From Isurus oxyrinchus (lineage: Eukaryota), in NCBI GenBank assembly GCA_026770705.1, contig JANJGN010000042.1, forward strand, positions 2,542,001 to 2,606,000: a stretch of 64,000 nt of DNA, read 5' to 3'. The notes beneath the pieces are model-generated. The model saw nothing but the letters and a program-made list of their open reading frames with translations, was not told the DNA's origin and did no database searches. The number at the start of each line of letters is the position of its first letter. Positions within the stretch are counted from its first letter, which is position 1. The position numbers and the translations under genes were made by a program. Of the stretch, positions 40,080-54,076 are shown piece after piece.

Positions 40080-42150
40080 ACTAAAGAACATTATTGGATT
40101 TGCTGTTGGGGAGAGTTAAACTAACTCAGGAGGAGCGTGGGAACAACGAGAGAATTTCAGCATGTAATAGCATGGATTCTGGGAGAGGCAGCTAACTCTA
40201 AAAGAGGGAATATTCAGTTATTAGATGGAGTCAGGATAAGGGAGCAAGCAATGAATTCTAAATCAGCGTTGCAATGCATGTATATGCATGCATGGAAAAT
40301 AGTTAATAAAATTTGGGAGTTACAGGCACAGATTGCCTTTTGGGATTATTATGATAGGGTGATAACGGAGACCTAATTTAAGGAAGGACAGAATTGGGTG
40401 ATAATTAGTTCTAGTTACAAGATGTTCATAAAAGACAGGAAAGGACACAAACTGGAGGTGGGGTCGTGGTGGCGTTTTTGTTTAAGGAGAGTATTTCAGT
40501 ACTGGCGAAAAATAATGTGTCAGGCGATTCAAGGACAGAACCAATTTGGCTGGAGCAAAGGAATAAGAATGGTGCAATTACATTGCTGGGTGTAATGTAT
40601 GACCGCAATAGCTAGTGGGAAGATGGAGAGGAGCAAGTAAATAACAGAGAGTTGTAAATATCGAGTAGTCATAACGGAGGGGGGAAGGGTACATTACCCG
40701 AATACATACTGGGATAGTAGTATTGTAAGGGGCAGTGAGGGAGCAGCATTCCTAGATCATATTCTGGAGAATTTCCTACAGCAGTGTGTGTCCAGTGCAA
40801 GGAGAAAGGAGGCACTGCTAGACCTGGTTCTTGGGAATGAGGTGGGCCAAGTAAAGAAACTGATAGGAGGGGAGCATTTAGGGGACAGTGATCATTGTGT
40901 CATAAGGTTTAGGATGACGGTGGAAAATGACATTGATCAATCCAGGGTAAGAGCAGCCAACTGGCAGAGAGCAGACTTCAATGGGGCAAGAATGGGCCTG
41001 GGCCTGATAGACTGGAACCAAAGGTTGGTGGGAAAAACAGTAGCTGAACATTGGGCTAACTTCAAAGAGAAGATGGTTTTGGCACAGTCTAAGTATGTTC
41101 CCTCAAAAGAGAAGGGCAGGAGAAACAAGTCCAGAGCTCCCTGGATGGCAAAGGAGATAGAAATTAAGTTAAGGAAGAAAAAATGTGCTTACAACAGGTG
41201 TCGGGTAGCAAATACATTTGAGAACCAAGCTTAATTCAGAAGTTTCAGAAAGGATGTGTAAAAGCAAATACGAGAATCAAAGAGGGATTATGAAACAAAT
41301 ACTGACAGCTAACATAAAAGGAAATCCCAAGGTATTCTATAAGCATATCAATCGTAAAAAGGTTGTAAAAGGAGGAATAGACCGATTAGGGATCAAAAAG
41401 GGGATTTACACATAGCGGCAAGAGGCATGGCTGAGGTGTTAAATGAATACTTTGCAGCTGTCTTTACCTACGAGGTAGATGCTGCCCAGGTTATGGTGAC
41501 AGAGGAGGAAACTCAGTCACTAGAAGGGTTTGAAATTGCTAAGGATGAGGTATTGCATCAGCTGTCGGCTCTTAAAGTGGATAAGTCTCCGGGACAGGGT
41601 GATATTCGTCTAAGAGTATTGAAGGAAGTGAGAGTGGAATTGCAGAGGCACTGACAATAATCTTTCAGCGTCCCCTGCATTTGGACGAGGTGTTAAAGGA
41701 CTGGAGAATTGCAAATATTACGCCCTTGTTCAAAAAAGTTTGTAAAGGTCTTCCCTGCAATTACAGACGATTCAGTTTAACTTCGGTGGTGGGGAAACTT
41801 GTGGAAACAATTATTCCGGATGGAATTAATATCATGTGGGATAATGTAGATTGATTAGGAAGAGTCATCATGTATTTATTAAAGGAAAATCCTGTATAAC
41901 TAACTTGCTGGAGTTTATTCAAGAGGTAACAGAGATGGTTAATGAAGGCAAGGCCATTGATATGGTCTATTTGGATTTCCAAAAGGCTTTCGACACAATG
42001 CCACACAACAGACCTGTGAGGAAAGTTATAGATGATGGAATTAAAGGGACAATAGCTAACTGGATAAATATTTATATATATAAATGATGTAGATCTTGGT
42101 TTGCAGGGGGCAATTTAAAGGATTGTGGAGGATGCAAAACTTGGGAGAAT
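40080..42150 (+). mobile_element. Decayed CR1 LINE ORF2 (APE endonuclease + N-terminal RT) in the Cmu2-Cmu3 intron
   Basis: LLDLVLGNE..LGDSDHCVIRF; KSRAPWM; KGKSCITNLLEF..DMVYLDFQKAFD; frameshifts and stops. Confidence 0.9.
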
Positions 42151-43220
42151 TTGGAGAAAGGTGACGTCACACTGACAAAGCAGGCATTCCTGGGCCTTAA
42201 CAGTTGATGTTGAAGTCGGTACCTCCCACAATACAATACTCACCCAGTACTACATTGCTGGTATCAACTACACTTGTGTTCAAACATCTGGAGTGGGGAT
42301 TGAACCCATGTTCTTTCTGAATCAGAATCCCCCGTTGTTCAGGATTCCATTAGCTCACAAAACACGGTGACATTTTGTTCAAAAGTTAGACAGTGAGTGG
42401 GGAGTCAATGGTTTTAGTTTTATCCGAAATTGATTGTGAGTTGGATCGGTGTCTGCAGGCCTTTAGTGGTAATTGCCCACGACTTCAATTCTGACAAAGA
42501 TGTGCACTTTATTTCTGCTGCTGTTTTCAGTCTGAGCAGCGCTGACAGCAGTTTGCATAGTCTCGGCTGCATTTCTTTGAGTACAATAGTCTAATGAGTG
42601 ATCGAATTGCGGTGTTTCGGTTAATTAATAAAGTGGGGAGAAAATGCTTAGTCCTCCAAATTAGAGATAGGAAAATAGTGAGGAAGCCGATTTTGGCAAC
42701 ATTTTCCTCACACTGTGAAATATTATCACTTTCATTTTCCCCAAGAATTTCTGAGGCTGGGAATCAATTGACATTTCAAAAAAAGAGATGAACATTTTTT
42801 TTTTGAAAATGTTATCGCACATGACAGAACGGGGAGGATAAATGGGGTTAAGGCACACATTATTCTTACAGAGAGACATAGAGAGCTGAATGGTCTCCTC
42901 CTGTGCTGTTAGCATCTATCATTCCCTGATTCCTTGATTTCGGGACGAGTAATATTCTGACTGTAAGACCATTGTACCTGAATTTATTCACATTGTTGGA
43001 CCGGCATTTGGTTTAGTCATTCCCACTGGTTCTGGCTGGAAATACACAGGGAATGTTATGGAGTCTCCCGGAATTATTGCAAGTCATTGACCTTCAAACA
43101 ATGAAGGCGTTAACAGGGCAGGGGGAGATCAGGTAAATATTCCTGTCGTGAGAGTGAAAGCTGAATACCGGATTTCTGATTCTGATGATGTTTTGGTTGA
43201 CATTCATTTCTGCTTCACAG

Positions 43221-43526
43221 TTTCCGACTGCAACGACCCCGTAATTACTCTACAGCCGCCGCCAATAGCACAGGTCTTACTAGAGGCGACAGTGACCTTA
43301 ACCTGTATCGTGAGTAACGCCCCTTATGGAGTCCTCGTGTCCTGGACACAAGAACAGAAGCCTTTGAAATCAGAGATTGCTGTCCAGCCGGGAGAGGATC
43401 CTAACAGCGTGGTCAGCCACCTGAACATCTCAACACAAGCCTGGCTGAGTGGGGCTGAGTTCTACTGCGTGGTGAGCCATCAGGATCTGCCGACTCCTTT
43501 AAGAAATTCCATCCACAAGGAAGAAC
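43221..43526 (+). CDS. IGHM: IgM Cmu3 exon
   Basis: TCACAG acceptor; [44 protein letters not shown]; C|GTGAGT donor; 306 nt. Confidence 0.95.
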
Positions 43527-44024
43527 GTGAGTGCTGAGAATGAATCAATAAGTGAGAGAGTGTGCAAATTCCCAGTGTAAGTTTAAGAACCAATAATGAA
43601 TGCACAATGTACTAATGAGCAAGTCTGATTGGCAATTTCACTAACTATAACCCCTTGGTCCGTAAATGATGCATTTAAGTAGTAAATTCATATTTAGGTG
43701 AATGAACAAGAAACTGTGCTGCAGGGTTTGATTATATAATGTGGGAGGAGCTTGGTGTGGAGTTCAGACACCAGTACAGAGCTGTTCGGCTGAATGGCCT
43801 GTTACTGTTACTGATGAAACTTTCCAGTCCAATCCCGCATATTCTCAGAGCGAATGATTGCATCCACATCTGCTCCGATCTAGAAAGCCGGTCAGACCCC
43901 AAAGTGGAAAATGGAGATCTTGAAAAGTCAAAACAAAACACATTTCTCTCACATCTAACCACTGGTGTCATTGTCCCTGGAATTCTCCAGTTTTTTTTTG
44001 ACATTTATTGTCAATTTTTTGCAG

Positions 44025-44416
44025 CTAAATATCCGCGGGAACCGTCCGTCTCTGTCCTCCTGCCCCCGGCTGAAGATGTCTCCACTCAGAGATTCATCTC
44101 CCTCAGCTGCTTAGTGAGAGGTTTCTCCCCCCGAGAGATCTTCGTCAAGTGGACCGTCAATGACAAGCCGGTGAATCCGGGGAACTACAAGAACACCGAG
44201 GTGATGGCGGAGAACGGCAATAACTCCTTCTTCATGTACAGCCTGTTATCCATTGCAGCGGAGGAGTGGGCCAGCGGCGCTTCTTACTCCTGTGTGGTGG
44301 GACATGAAGCCATTCCCTTGAAATTCATCAACAGAACGGTTGATAAATCCAGCGGTAAACCGAGTTTTGTGAACATTTCCCTTGCACTGATGGACACCGT
44401 TAATTCATGTCAATGA
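44025..44416 (+). CDS. IGHM: IgM Cmu4 exon + secretory tailpiece (internal TM donor after 44354)
   Basis: [43 protein letters not shown]|[20 protein letters not shown], with NIS sequon and penultimate Cys. Confidence 0.97.
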
Positions 44417-44452
44417 GAATCTATCACTTACTTTTCGAACTTTAGTAGAAAT

Positions 44453-44458
44453 AATAAA
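44453..44458 (+). terminator. Secretory-form poly(A) signal (alternative ATTAAA at 44479)
   Basis: AATAAA 36 nt after the stop codon. Confidence 0.65.
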
Positions 44459-45414
44459 GGATATTCCTCCAATTGTGAATTAAATACACAGCCACTTAAT
44501 TAATTATTTTTTTCCAGTTTTGCTAATGTTAAGCCTGTTTAGTTGATGTCGGGAATTTACAGGTCTCAGACCCGAGTCTTGTGCAATCCGTGCCCCCAGC
44601 TCAGATACACCCTGGGTTAGAGACAGAATAAAGCTCGTTCATTACAGAATCCTGTAAAGTTACTTCACCAACTTGCCCCTCGCTGAGGTGAATTCTGACC
44701 ATTTCCCACTAGCACACACAGTAGCAGCATTTAGATCCCATTGTTCCTGCTTCACTTTTCGTCCATCCATTCAAACTTCTACCAGCCGGATGTTGCCACA
44801 TCGCACCCACTGGGAACTGAAGTGAGGGTCACAAGGGAAGGTGAAATCTATCTCGACTTAGCCAGCATAGAAATGGGGGAGGGCATTAGTTAACGCAATG
44901 CACCTGCACATCCCCAACACAGATAACCGGAGTGGAAATTGTTTAGCCAACGAGAGAGAGTGGAGAGGGGAACATTAACTCACTAACCTCCCAATCCCAG
45001 TCACAGAGGGTTTAGAAGTGAACAGCTGTCTATGATATGAGTTCAGATGCAAGGCGGCTTCTAGCTTCCTGCACTCAGATTGTAATCTTCAATCATGGCA
45101 AACATATCATGGCAAATCATGGCAAAGTGATGTTTTGAAATGATTTTCAATCTCTTGTTCTTGTAAATCACAAGTTGCCAATGATTTTTCATAATCCAAA
45201 TCTGAACTGCTGTTTCCATCCTTCCTGTTTTTCCGGTAATGTTTCTAATGTTTCTGGGGAACCTCTGTTTAATTGTTGCATTCTATCGCTTGATGTCACA
45301 TTGAACCCCAAAGAAAACACATTCATACATAGAATGGCGATTGTGTTCTCCATCGATCATACCTTCACTGTCAGGCCACGTTATTGATGTTCAGTGATAC
45401 AAGAAACAACAACA

Positions 45415-46840
45415 TAATACACACACACACTGACATAAGCTCATAAACACACACACACACACACGGACTCACATGCACACACAGAAGCACACACAAGCAC
45501 GCGCACATACTCACACACACATTGACAGAAACAATGCAAGTGCACGAGTACATAACAATACACACATAAACACACACATGCACACGTACACACAGGCAAA
45601 GACAGACAGACACACACCCTGGCACAAGATCACACGCACACACAGACACACACACACACACACGCACACACATACACACACACATATACACATACAGACA
45701 AAGACAGGCTCACACACACCCTGGCACAAGATTACCTACACACATGCACACTCACACACACAAAACAAAGACACACACACAATCTGACACCAGATCTCTC
45801 TCTTTCTCTCTCTCACAGACAAATGCACACAGCGACACAGAGATACAAACACATGCATACACAACCAGTGATAGGAAAATGCACACACAATAGTACGTAA
45901 AACATACACACATACACACACCCAAACACCCACACATACACACACACAGACAAAGACACTGTCACACACACCCTGGCAAAAGATCACAAACGGACTCACA
46001 CACACACAACAAAGGCACACACCCCATCTGAAACCAGATCTCTCTCTCCGTCTCTCACAGACAAACACACACAGTGACACACACATGCACTGAAACCAAA
46101 TTGCATACAAAGACGTACACAAAGGCAGGCACACACACACAAACATGAACAAGCACACACATCCACATGAACACACACATACACACACACACGCACACAC
46201 ACACTCCCGCGTGCACTGGATCATGCTCACATGCTCGAACAAATCAACACAGAAGACATACACACATGCAGACAAAAACACGCAGACAGACACACACACA
46301 TACACACACACACACACATACATAAACAGGCAAACACATCCACACACAAACACGCACACACAACATTGGATCATGCCCGAACACATAAACAAAGGCTGAC
46401 ATAAACACAGTGAGAGAAAAGCACACGGACAGGCACAGATGCACATATAAGCACACACACACATACGTAAACAAGCACACACATCCCCACACACACACTA
46501 ACATCCACACACACACACAAACGCACACAGGCTTTGACACAGACATGCACACACAGACGCACTTACAGACACACAAACACATGCATATATGAACACGCAT
46601 ACAGTTATGCACAGATATACACACATTCGGGCACACATGCAGGCAGACAGATGCACACACACTAACACATCCACTGGATCATACACATATGCCCGAACAG
46701 ATAAACACAGACTGGCATTGACACAGACAGACAAAATTACACAGACAGACACAGAGGCACACACGCATGCATGCACATACACAGACACACACACAAACAT
46801 ACAAACATACATAAACAAGCACACACATTGACGCACACAC

Positions 46841-46881
<41 letters not shown>

Positions 46882-47681
46882 AACGCACTCTGATAGACAC
46901 ACACAAACACAGGCATGCGCACACACACACACTCACACATGCATAAACGAGCATACATACAGACATACACCGACATACACACATTCGTGCACACACGCAG
47001 GCAGATAGACACACACACCCACCCACTGGATCATGCACACTTGCCCGATCACATAAACACAGACTGACATTGACACAGACAGACAAAAGCACGCACCCAG
47101 ACACAGAGGCATCACACACACACACAAAAGCATATGTAAACAAGCACACACATCGCCATACACACACACACATTCACACACACACACATTCACACACACA
47201 CATTCACGCACACACACATACACAAACACACACACATTTGGATAGATACAAACCCACAGACATTGAAGCAGACATGCACACACACATGCACTTACAGACA
47301 CACACACATACACACACACACACACACACATGCATACATGAGATCGCATACAGGCAAAACAGAGGTACACACATTCGAGCACACAAGCAGACAGGCAGAC
47401 AGAGACACACAGAAGCACACATACATCATAAAGAGAAATACACACTCACACACATCCAGACACAAGATCACACACACACATACGCAAACACACACACAAT
47501 CACACAGGCATATACACAAACTCGCACACACATATTCACACAAACACACACACACACAAACACATGGACGCATACACACAAAAACAAATTGAGTCACACG
47601 ATCAAAACACACAAACACACATGTAAACGCACACCCACACACTGATAAAATACACACACAAACACACACACAGGCAGAAGA

Positions 47682-47723
<42 letters not shown>

Positions 47724-48013
47724 AAACATGCATAGGTACACAAAAACAAACACACAGGTTCGTGCGTAGGCACGGGAAAAGTGGCACACGTACACAAACA
47801 CGTGCAAGCATGCATGGATACATAGGCAGGCATACATGCACACACACATACACATACATACACAAGCACAAGCATACATATACACACAAACCAGCACACA
47901 GACACATATACACATAGCCACACACACAAGCACACAAGAATGCACATGCAAACACAGACCCACACAATGATAAACATGCACAGGCATACACACACAAACA
48001 AACCCACACTCAC

Positions 48014-48057
<44 letters not shown>

Positions 48058-48340
48058 GAGTACACATATACATAGAAAATATGCAGACATGCAACTCACA
48101 GGAACACACAACACATATGCACAGATGCAACCTCACACTCAGAAATATACACTCACTCTCGACAAACAGACACACAGGCAGACACATTCACGCACAAGCA
48201 AGCACCTAAAAATGCAGATATCCTCTCACACACATGCACACACAGTCACACACATGCAAACGGTTGTGAGCAAACACACAAACACACATGCATGGATGAA
48301 CTCAACACACACACAATTACACATATACACAACCCCATAA
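45415..48340. repeat. ~3 kb (CA)n-rich cryptic simple repeat in the Cmu4-TM1 intron
   Basis: Direct inspection; fades out to about 49000. Confidence 0.95.
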
Positions 48341-49625
48341 ACAGGCTCAGACAGGTCCTGTAAGTTTGTACATGAACATGTTCATTACTGTGCTTCAACG
48401 AGCACAACAATATAGAATTAAGGACACACTATCATGCACAATAGTGCACATGCATAGGCATTTGTACACACACATTAAAAATCGACAAACGGGTACACAG
48501 ACAAATAGATGAACAGACAGTAACATTTTCACAAACATAGTGCAAGAAACAACGATGAATACATCCACGCACTCACATTAAAACAAACATATATAAACAC
48601 ACGCTTTAGTAAACATAGATACGTAAATATACATTAAGACAAAGCTAGAAACATCCAAGAACACATAACGGCACGCCTCAACATACTCACACGCTCGTGG
48701 GGGCACAATCATTAACATATCAAACATAGAACATAAAAAGGCACAATATCAGATATATTAACAGGCATGGACGTAAATAAACTCCTTAACACAGACATTA
48801 ATAAGTGGACATAAACATCAACGCATACAGACACATTAACAGACTGATACACATTCATTTACAAATGAACAAACATACACACAAAGGCGGGCCACACATA
48901 AATAAGCATATCAACACTCATGCCACATGAACACACACATCAACGCTCATACAACAGGGCACACAAACACAGTTAAAGGCAGAGCAAGAGATACTCGTGC
49001 ACATATACGCAAATATTTAAAAAACACAAAGGCAAATGCCAGGCTAAAGACGAAAGTATATTTTAAATCTATTTTTTTAAAGGACACATCTTCCAAAAAT
49101 TTCTAGGAGCACATAAAGACCCAGGAGACAGGCTGAAGCAATGTTCTTAATCATAAACTGATTTAAGTTAATTATGTGCCAAACATTACCACCACAAATA
49201 AACAAACAAGATCAAAATTCACAAAAGATAGCTAACAGAGTTCAGAGTCTTGGAATTAATAGCTATCAGTACTTATCATTAAAATAATTGTGATCAATTA
49301 GCAAACCTCCTGCAATTTCCACCATAATATAATCCAGTGATAGGTCGTACTAAATTCATCCAAAATAAACTGGCATCGAAGGAATAAAAACACATTTTCC
49401 AGTAGGGGCAGGATGAGAAATGTAAAGTGAGAGCAGCTGTGGAGTTAGTAACAGACAGAGATTATTGAGAGTCACTTATTCATTAACAGATATGCATTGA
49501 AAACTTAATTACTGAACAGATCAAAAGCTTGAGGAAGATACAATAGAATTAATATATTAAAAAAACGGTAAGACACCCTCGATTAATAAGAATGCAATTA
49601 AAATTCCTCGGTTATATCCCTGTAG

Positions 49626-49753
49626 ATTCCACAGACCGCATCTGGATTGAAGACAATGAGGACGATAACGGGAACATCTGGACAACCGCTTCCACATTCA
49701 TTGTCCTGTTCTTCCTGAGCATTTTCTACAGCACTGCCGTCACTCTGGTGAAG
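49626..49753 (+). CDS. IGHM: IgM TM1 exon
   Basis: TGTAG acceptor; (D)STDRIWIEDNEDDNGNIWTTASTFIVLFFLSIFYSTAVTLVK (CART motif); GTGAG donor. Confidence 0.96.
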
Positions 49754-49893
49754 GTGAGAAGATCCAATCCACTAACACTACAATCTGACAGAAGCGGTTT
49801 GAAAACTTTCTAAATATTTGAACAATTAAAGACTATAACATAAATGCACCAGATCATTAACATCTGCTTCATTATTTTCTCCCTCTTTTACAG

Positions 49894-49902
49894 ATTAAGT
49901 GA
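49894..49902 (+). CDS. IGHM: IgM TM2 exon coding part (IK*)
   Basis: Polypyrimidine tract + TACAG|ATT AAG TGA; AATAAA at 50299 and 50335. Confidence 0.9.
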   Translation: MK

Positions 49903-51389
49903 TTGGTTGAACTTGGACCCCGTAGCTTTTCCTCAGCTGTTCATTAAATCTCTGTATTTCAATTTAAAATATGTTCTCTTAATGATCCCGAATCTGTGAC
50001 CGAACCTCTAACAGTATTTCTGTGATCCTGTAGGAAATGTGCGAAATGGTAATGGTTGTAATGTAATTGTAGCATCTAATTTCCCTGGAATTAGGATTTC
50101 AATTTTAATTAAATAACTTCTCTCATTCCTTATTCACTATTGCCCCCTTCCCTTTCCGTTGAGCTGCTGTTTTCTTTTTCTGATCTATGTTCCAGTGGTA
50201 CATACAGTTTACCAACTCAGAGCGCATATGGACTCAGAGCGCATGTGTTCTGTTCCCAACGTGACTTCAGGAATTATATTCACTTCTGTTAACTTTAAAA
50301 TAAACTTTCCTGTAAAATATTCTCTCAAATTACTAATAAATCTGGAATGAAAAGTGAACTAACTGTGACTTTGCTGAATTCCTTTCTCCAAGGCCCATCG
50401 ATACTGCTCCATTTTCCCTATTGCACATTTCTCTCAGTTTTACCAGTCCTGTCTGGGATCTGTTTCCACCCATCGCCCCATCCGTGTAAGGAGACCTTTA
50501 CCTCTGTTTCTGGCAATTGCCCGAGGCGGAATGAATGAACAGGGAGGGTCACCTCGGCGATTTCACTCTGGACGGTCACAGTCACATGTCTGGCAATTCC
50601 AAACTGTAGGGTTCGGCTTCATCAGAGGCTGATATAGGACAGGAAATTGGAGCATAAAACGCCCTTTACAATGCCCCATCAAACACTCCCACGGTTGGTG
50701 CAGCCAGGATCAGGAACAGGGTAAAGATCCCTCTGCATTGTTGGATTAAACACTTTGAAGGTGGGGATGCCACAGGCTAGATATATGACACAGGCAGAAT
50801 AAGGAGCACAAACCAATGGGTGTATCCAGGGACTGAAGCGTATCTGGCACTGATATATTATTAAGTACAACTCCTGCAAATTATTACAGAGCTTTAGGTC
50901 TCTTGGACATACCTGGGGGGACAAAACTGCGAAAATGCTCAAAGATGGGGTTCAATGTTATGCAGCAAGTAACCATAAACATGAGGCTTGTTCCCAGACT
51001 CTGGGGCCGATCGGATACTGAGACACTGGCTTCACATTTTCTGTTAAATACACAAACAGACATAGCCCACACGTCGCCCTGCCCCACCCCTTTCTGTTAA
51101 GCATGTACACGTCCTTATTCCGGTAAACACACATTGACTCTCCACTTCCACCTTTTCTGTTAAATCCATTAGCCCTGTCATTTTCCCTTATGCTTCGATA
51201 ATGAATCGTATTCCTGATCAGCTCAGTCGTACTGATACTATCTCCCTGAACTCACTGAACATCACCCCAGGGATCCGTTCTCCCTGCTCCATTCCCTCTG
51301 ATACCAATTTCCTGAACTCACTGAACATCACCCCAGGGGTAAACACAGAAAGCGCTGGAAAGCTCCGCAGGTCTGATAGCATCTCCAGT

Positions 51390-51895
51390 TATCTCCACTT
51401 GCCTGGGTGAGCGCGGTTCCAACAACACATTAGAAGTTCGACACCATCCAGCACAAAGTCGCTCAATTGTTGACAGCTCATCTACCAGCTTCACCATTCA
51501 TTCCCTCCACCACCGCCGCACAGTAGCAGCAGTGTGTGCCAATTACTAGATGCACTGCAGGAACTCATCAAGGCTCCTTCGCTAGCACCTTTCACACCCA
51601 CGACATCTACCATCTAGAAAGACAAGGGCAACAGATACATGGGAACACCACCACCTGGAATTTCCTTCAAGGGCACTCACCATTTTGACTTGGAAATGTA
51701 TCGCTGCTCCTTCGCTGTCGCTGGGTCAAAATTATGGATCTCCCTTCCTAACAGCACTGTGTGTGTACCTGCACTACATGGACTGTAGCGGTTCAAGAAG
51801 GCAGCTCACCATCACCTTCTCAAGGGCAATTACAGATGGGCAGAGAAATGTTGGACTCACCAACGAAGCCCACGTCCCTTGAAATAATAATAAAT
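51390..51895 (+). mobile_element. LINE/SINE 3' end repeat (family shared with 22780-23190, 26480-26790, 60260-60575)
   Basis: Shared GCTGGGTCAAAA..CCCTTCCTAACAGCAC..TCAAGAAGGCAGCTCA..CACCTTCTCAAGGG. Confidence 0.7.
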
Positions 51896-52659
51896 AATTT
51901 TCTAACTGATCATTGGGAATAGAAAAGCCGATTCTTGGAAACAAAATGGACAGCCTGATATCACTTTGTAAACAATAGAAAACAACCCAATAGTTATTAA
52001 TAAATAGTTGCAGTATTAAACTATCTGCAATTAAAATGCAGGAACACTTTGGGATTTAACACATTCACTGAGGGCGGAGATGGGCTGAAGGTTATCACTG
52101 AAGTTAATGTAGGGGAATTATTCTTTATTCAGTTTTTTATTCAGAAAAGCGTTATTAGAAAATCGGAGATTTAAAGGAATGGGCAATTTCCCAGAGACAG
52201 AGAGACAGAGGGAGAGAGAGAGAGTTCAATAAGTTTCAGTGAGTTAGACTCTGTCTCAGGGAGAGAGATGACAGACATTAAGTAAGTGTGCTGACAAACA
52301 TGCACATCTTAGCAAAGAAATGGTCAGTATCACATGAAATTCTAAACAAGAGCACAACAGAATGTATTACAAATAAATATTTACGATATTAGGCGATCTG
52401 TAGTTACAGGTTGAATAAGAGAAAATAAAAAAAGCTGAAACATTCTGGTGAAGATAAATCTTTTATCTTTGCAGAATGATATAGCATGATTTCATTTAAC
52501 ACAGACACACACAAAAGGTGATGTCTCATATGTAATTCTGTTGGCTGTAATGCAAATTAATATGAGGAGCTGCTTGGAACAACCAGTCAATGGGAAACCT
52601 CTAGTTTTAGGCCAAAGTGAGAGGCCCATTTCTAACTCAACATCCACTTTATAGAGACA

Positions 52660-53960
52660 TAGACAAGTGAATTAACAACAGAGACAGAGGTTGGTGTGGT
52701 AATTACTGAGACAGGGCCTAGTGCAATTTAAGCAAAGACATTACAGGTGCAGAAATAATCGAGACAGCATCTAATGTTACTTAAGCAAAGATGTGACTGA
52801 GTGCACGAATAACAGGGATGGGGACAAGAGCTATATTAACATGGACAGGGTCTACTGCTATAATAGCGGAGACGGGATTACAGGGCCTGGATCAATATCA
52901 AGTGAAATAGGGCAGTTATTACAGGCACAGGGCCTAGAGTAATTGCTTCCTAGAGAGAGTCTAAGTCGTAATAATGGAGACTGCTGCCAGTGTAAGAGAG
53001 ACAGGTATGATGTCGTGGAGTAAAATCAGGGAAAGGGAGAGTGGAATAGAAGCAGAGACAGAGGTACAAAGACAAAGCCTCTGCAAAGACAGGATTCATT
53101 TTAATTGAAAAGACAGACAAGGTCGTGTGTGATACAGGCTGATACAGAATCTAGTGTAACTTGTTCTGAAATCGTCTAGTGGAATATAAATGCAGACATG
53201 ATTGAGTGTGTTATAAGCAGGGCCGCGATTAGTGGAACATAAGTGAGGCAGTGCAGTGTGTAATAATAATTGAGACAGGATCTTGTGTAATACGAACCTG
53301 CCTATTGTAGCAATAACACAGACGGGATCCAGTATAAGAAAACTGATACACGGTCTAGTGGAGCTTCACATAATCCAGCGCTCTTTGTAATATAATCTGA
53401 CACAGTGTCTGGTGAATTAAATACCTGCAAAGGTATGAGATTAATAAAAACGGGGACATGCACTAGTACAGCAATAAGAGAGTAATGGTATAGGACAATA
53501 ACAACAGAAACAGGGAATTGTGTGATATGAATGGAGGAATGTATTGGTGCAGCATTACCTGAGACAGGGTCCAGTTTGACAGACAGGTGGCAGATTCTAC
53601 TGGAGTAATAGCTGAGACAGAGTCTTGTTAAATGCAAGTAAAAACATGTTCCAATTTTCTATAACCAGAGACAAGCTCTAGTGCAGTGACAACTGGGGCA
53701 TGGCTTATTGTAACTTCAACCGAGACCTGCTTCAGTGCAGTCATGACTGAGATAGTGCCAACTGTATTGTGGCCCTAGCCCAGTACATAAACAACTGAGA
53801 CTGAGCCAATTACAGAAACAACTGATAGATGACCTTCTCTAATATGATTAGAGACATGTCCTAGTGTAATAGAAATAGAAACGGCGTCTAATTTAATATG
53901 AACAGGGACAGTGGCAAATGCAGTAAAAATTGAGACAGCGCCTGCTTCATGTGATGTGAG
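52660..53960 (+). repeat. Highly degenerate 27-bp satellite family array downstream of the cluster
   Basis: Recurring ACTGAGACAGGGCCTAGTG-like units similar to 1870-2300. Confidence 0.65.
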
Positions 53961-54076
53961 CAATCACAGTTACACTGCCATCCACTGGTCAATCTTTGCT
54001 ATTACAGGTGTTGCGAAAATGTCGATTACATCTACTGTTTCTGAGATCAATGGTTAAAATCCGAAATAATGGAAAA

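Noticed and set aside
43739-44024. N-terminal extension of the 225-aa Cmu4 ORF
   Set aside because: Intronic read-through upstream of the AG acceptor at 44023-44024.
45371-48340. Cys/Val- and His/Thr-rich ORFs
   Set aside because: Translations of (CA)n/(TG)n repeats.
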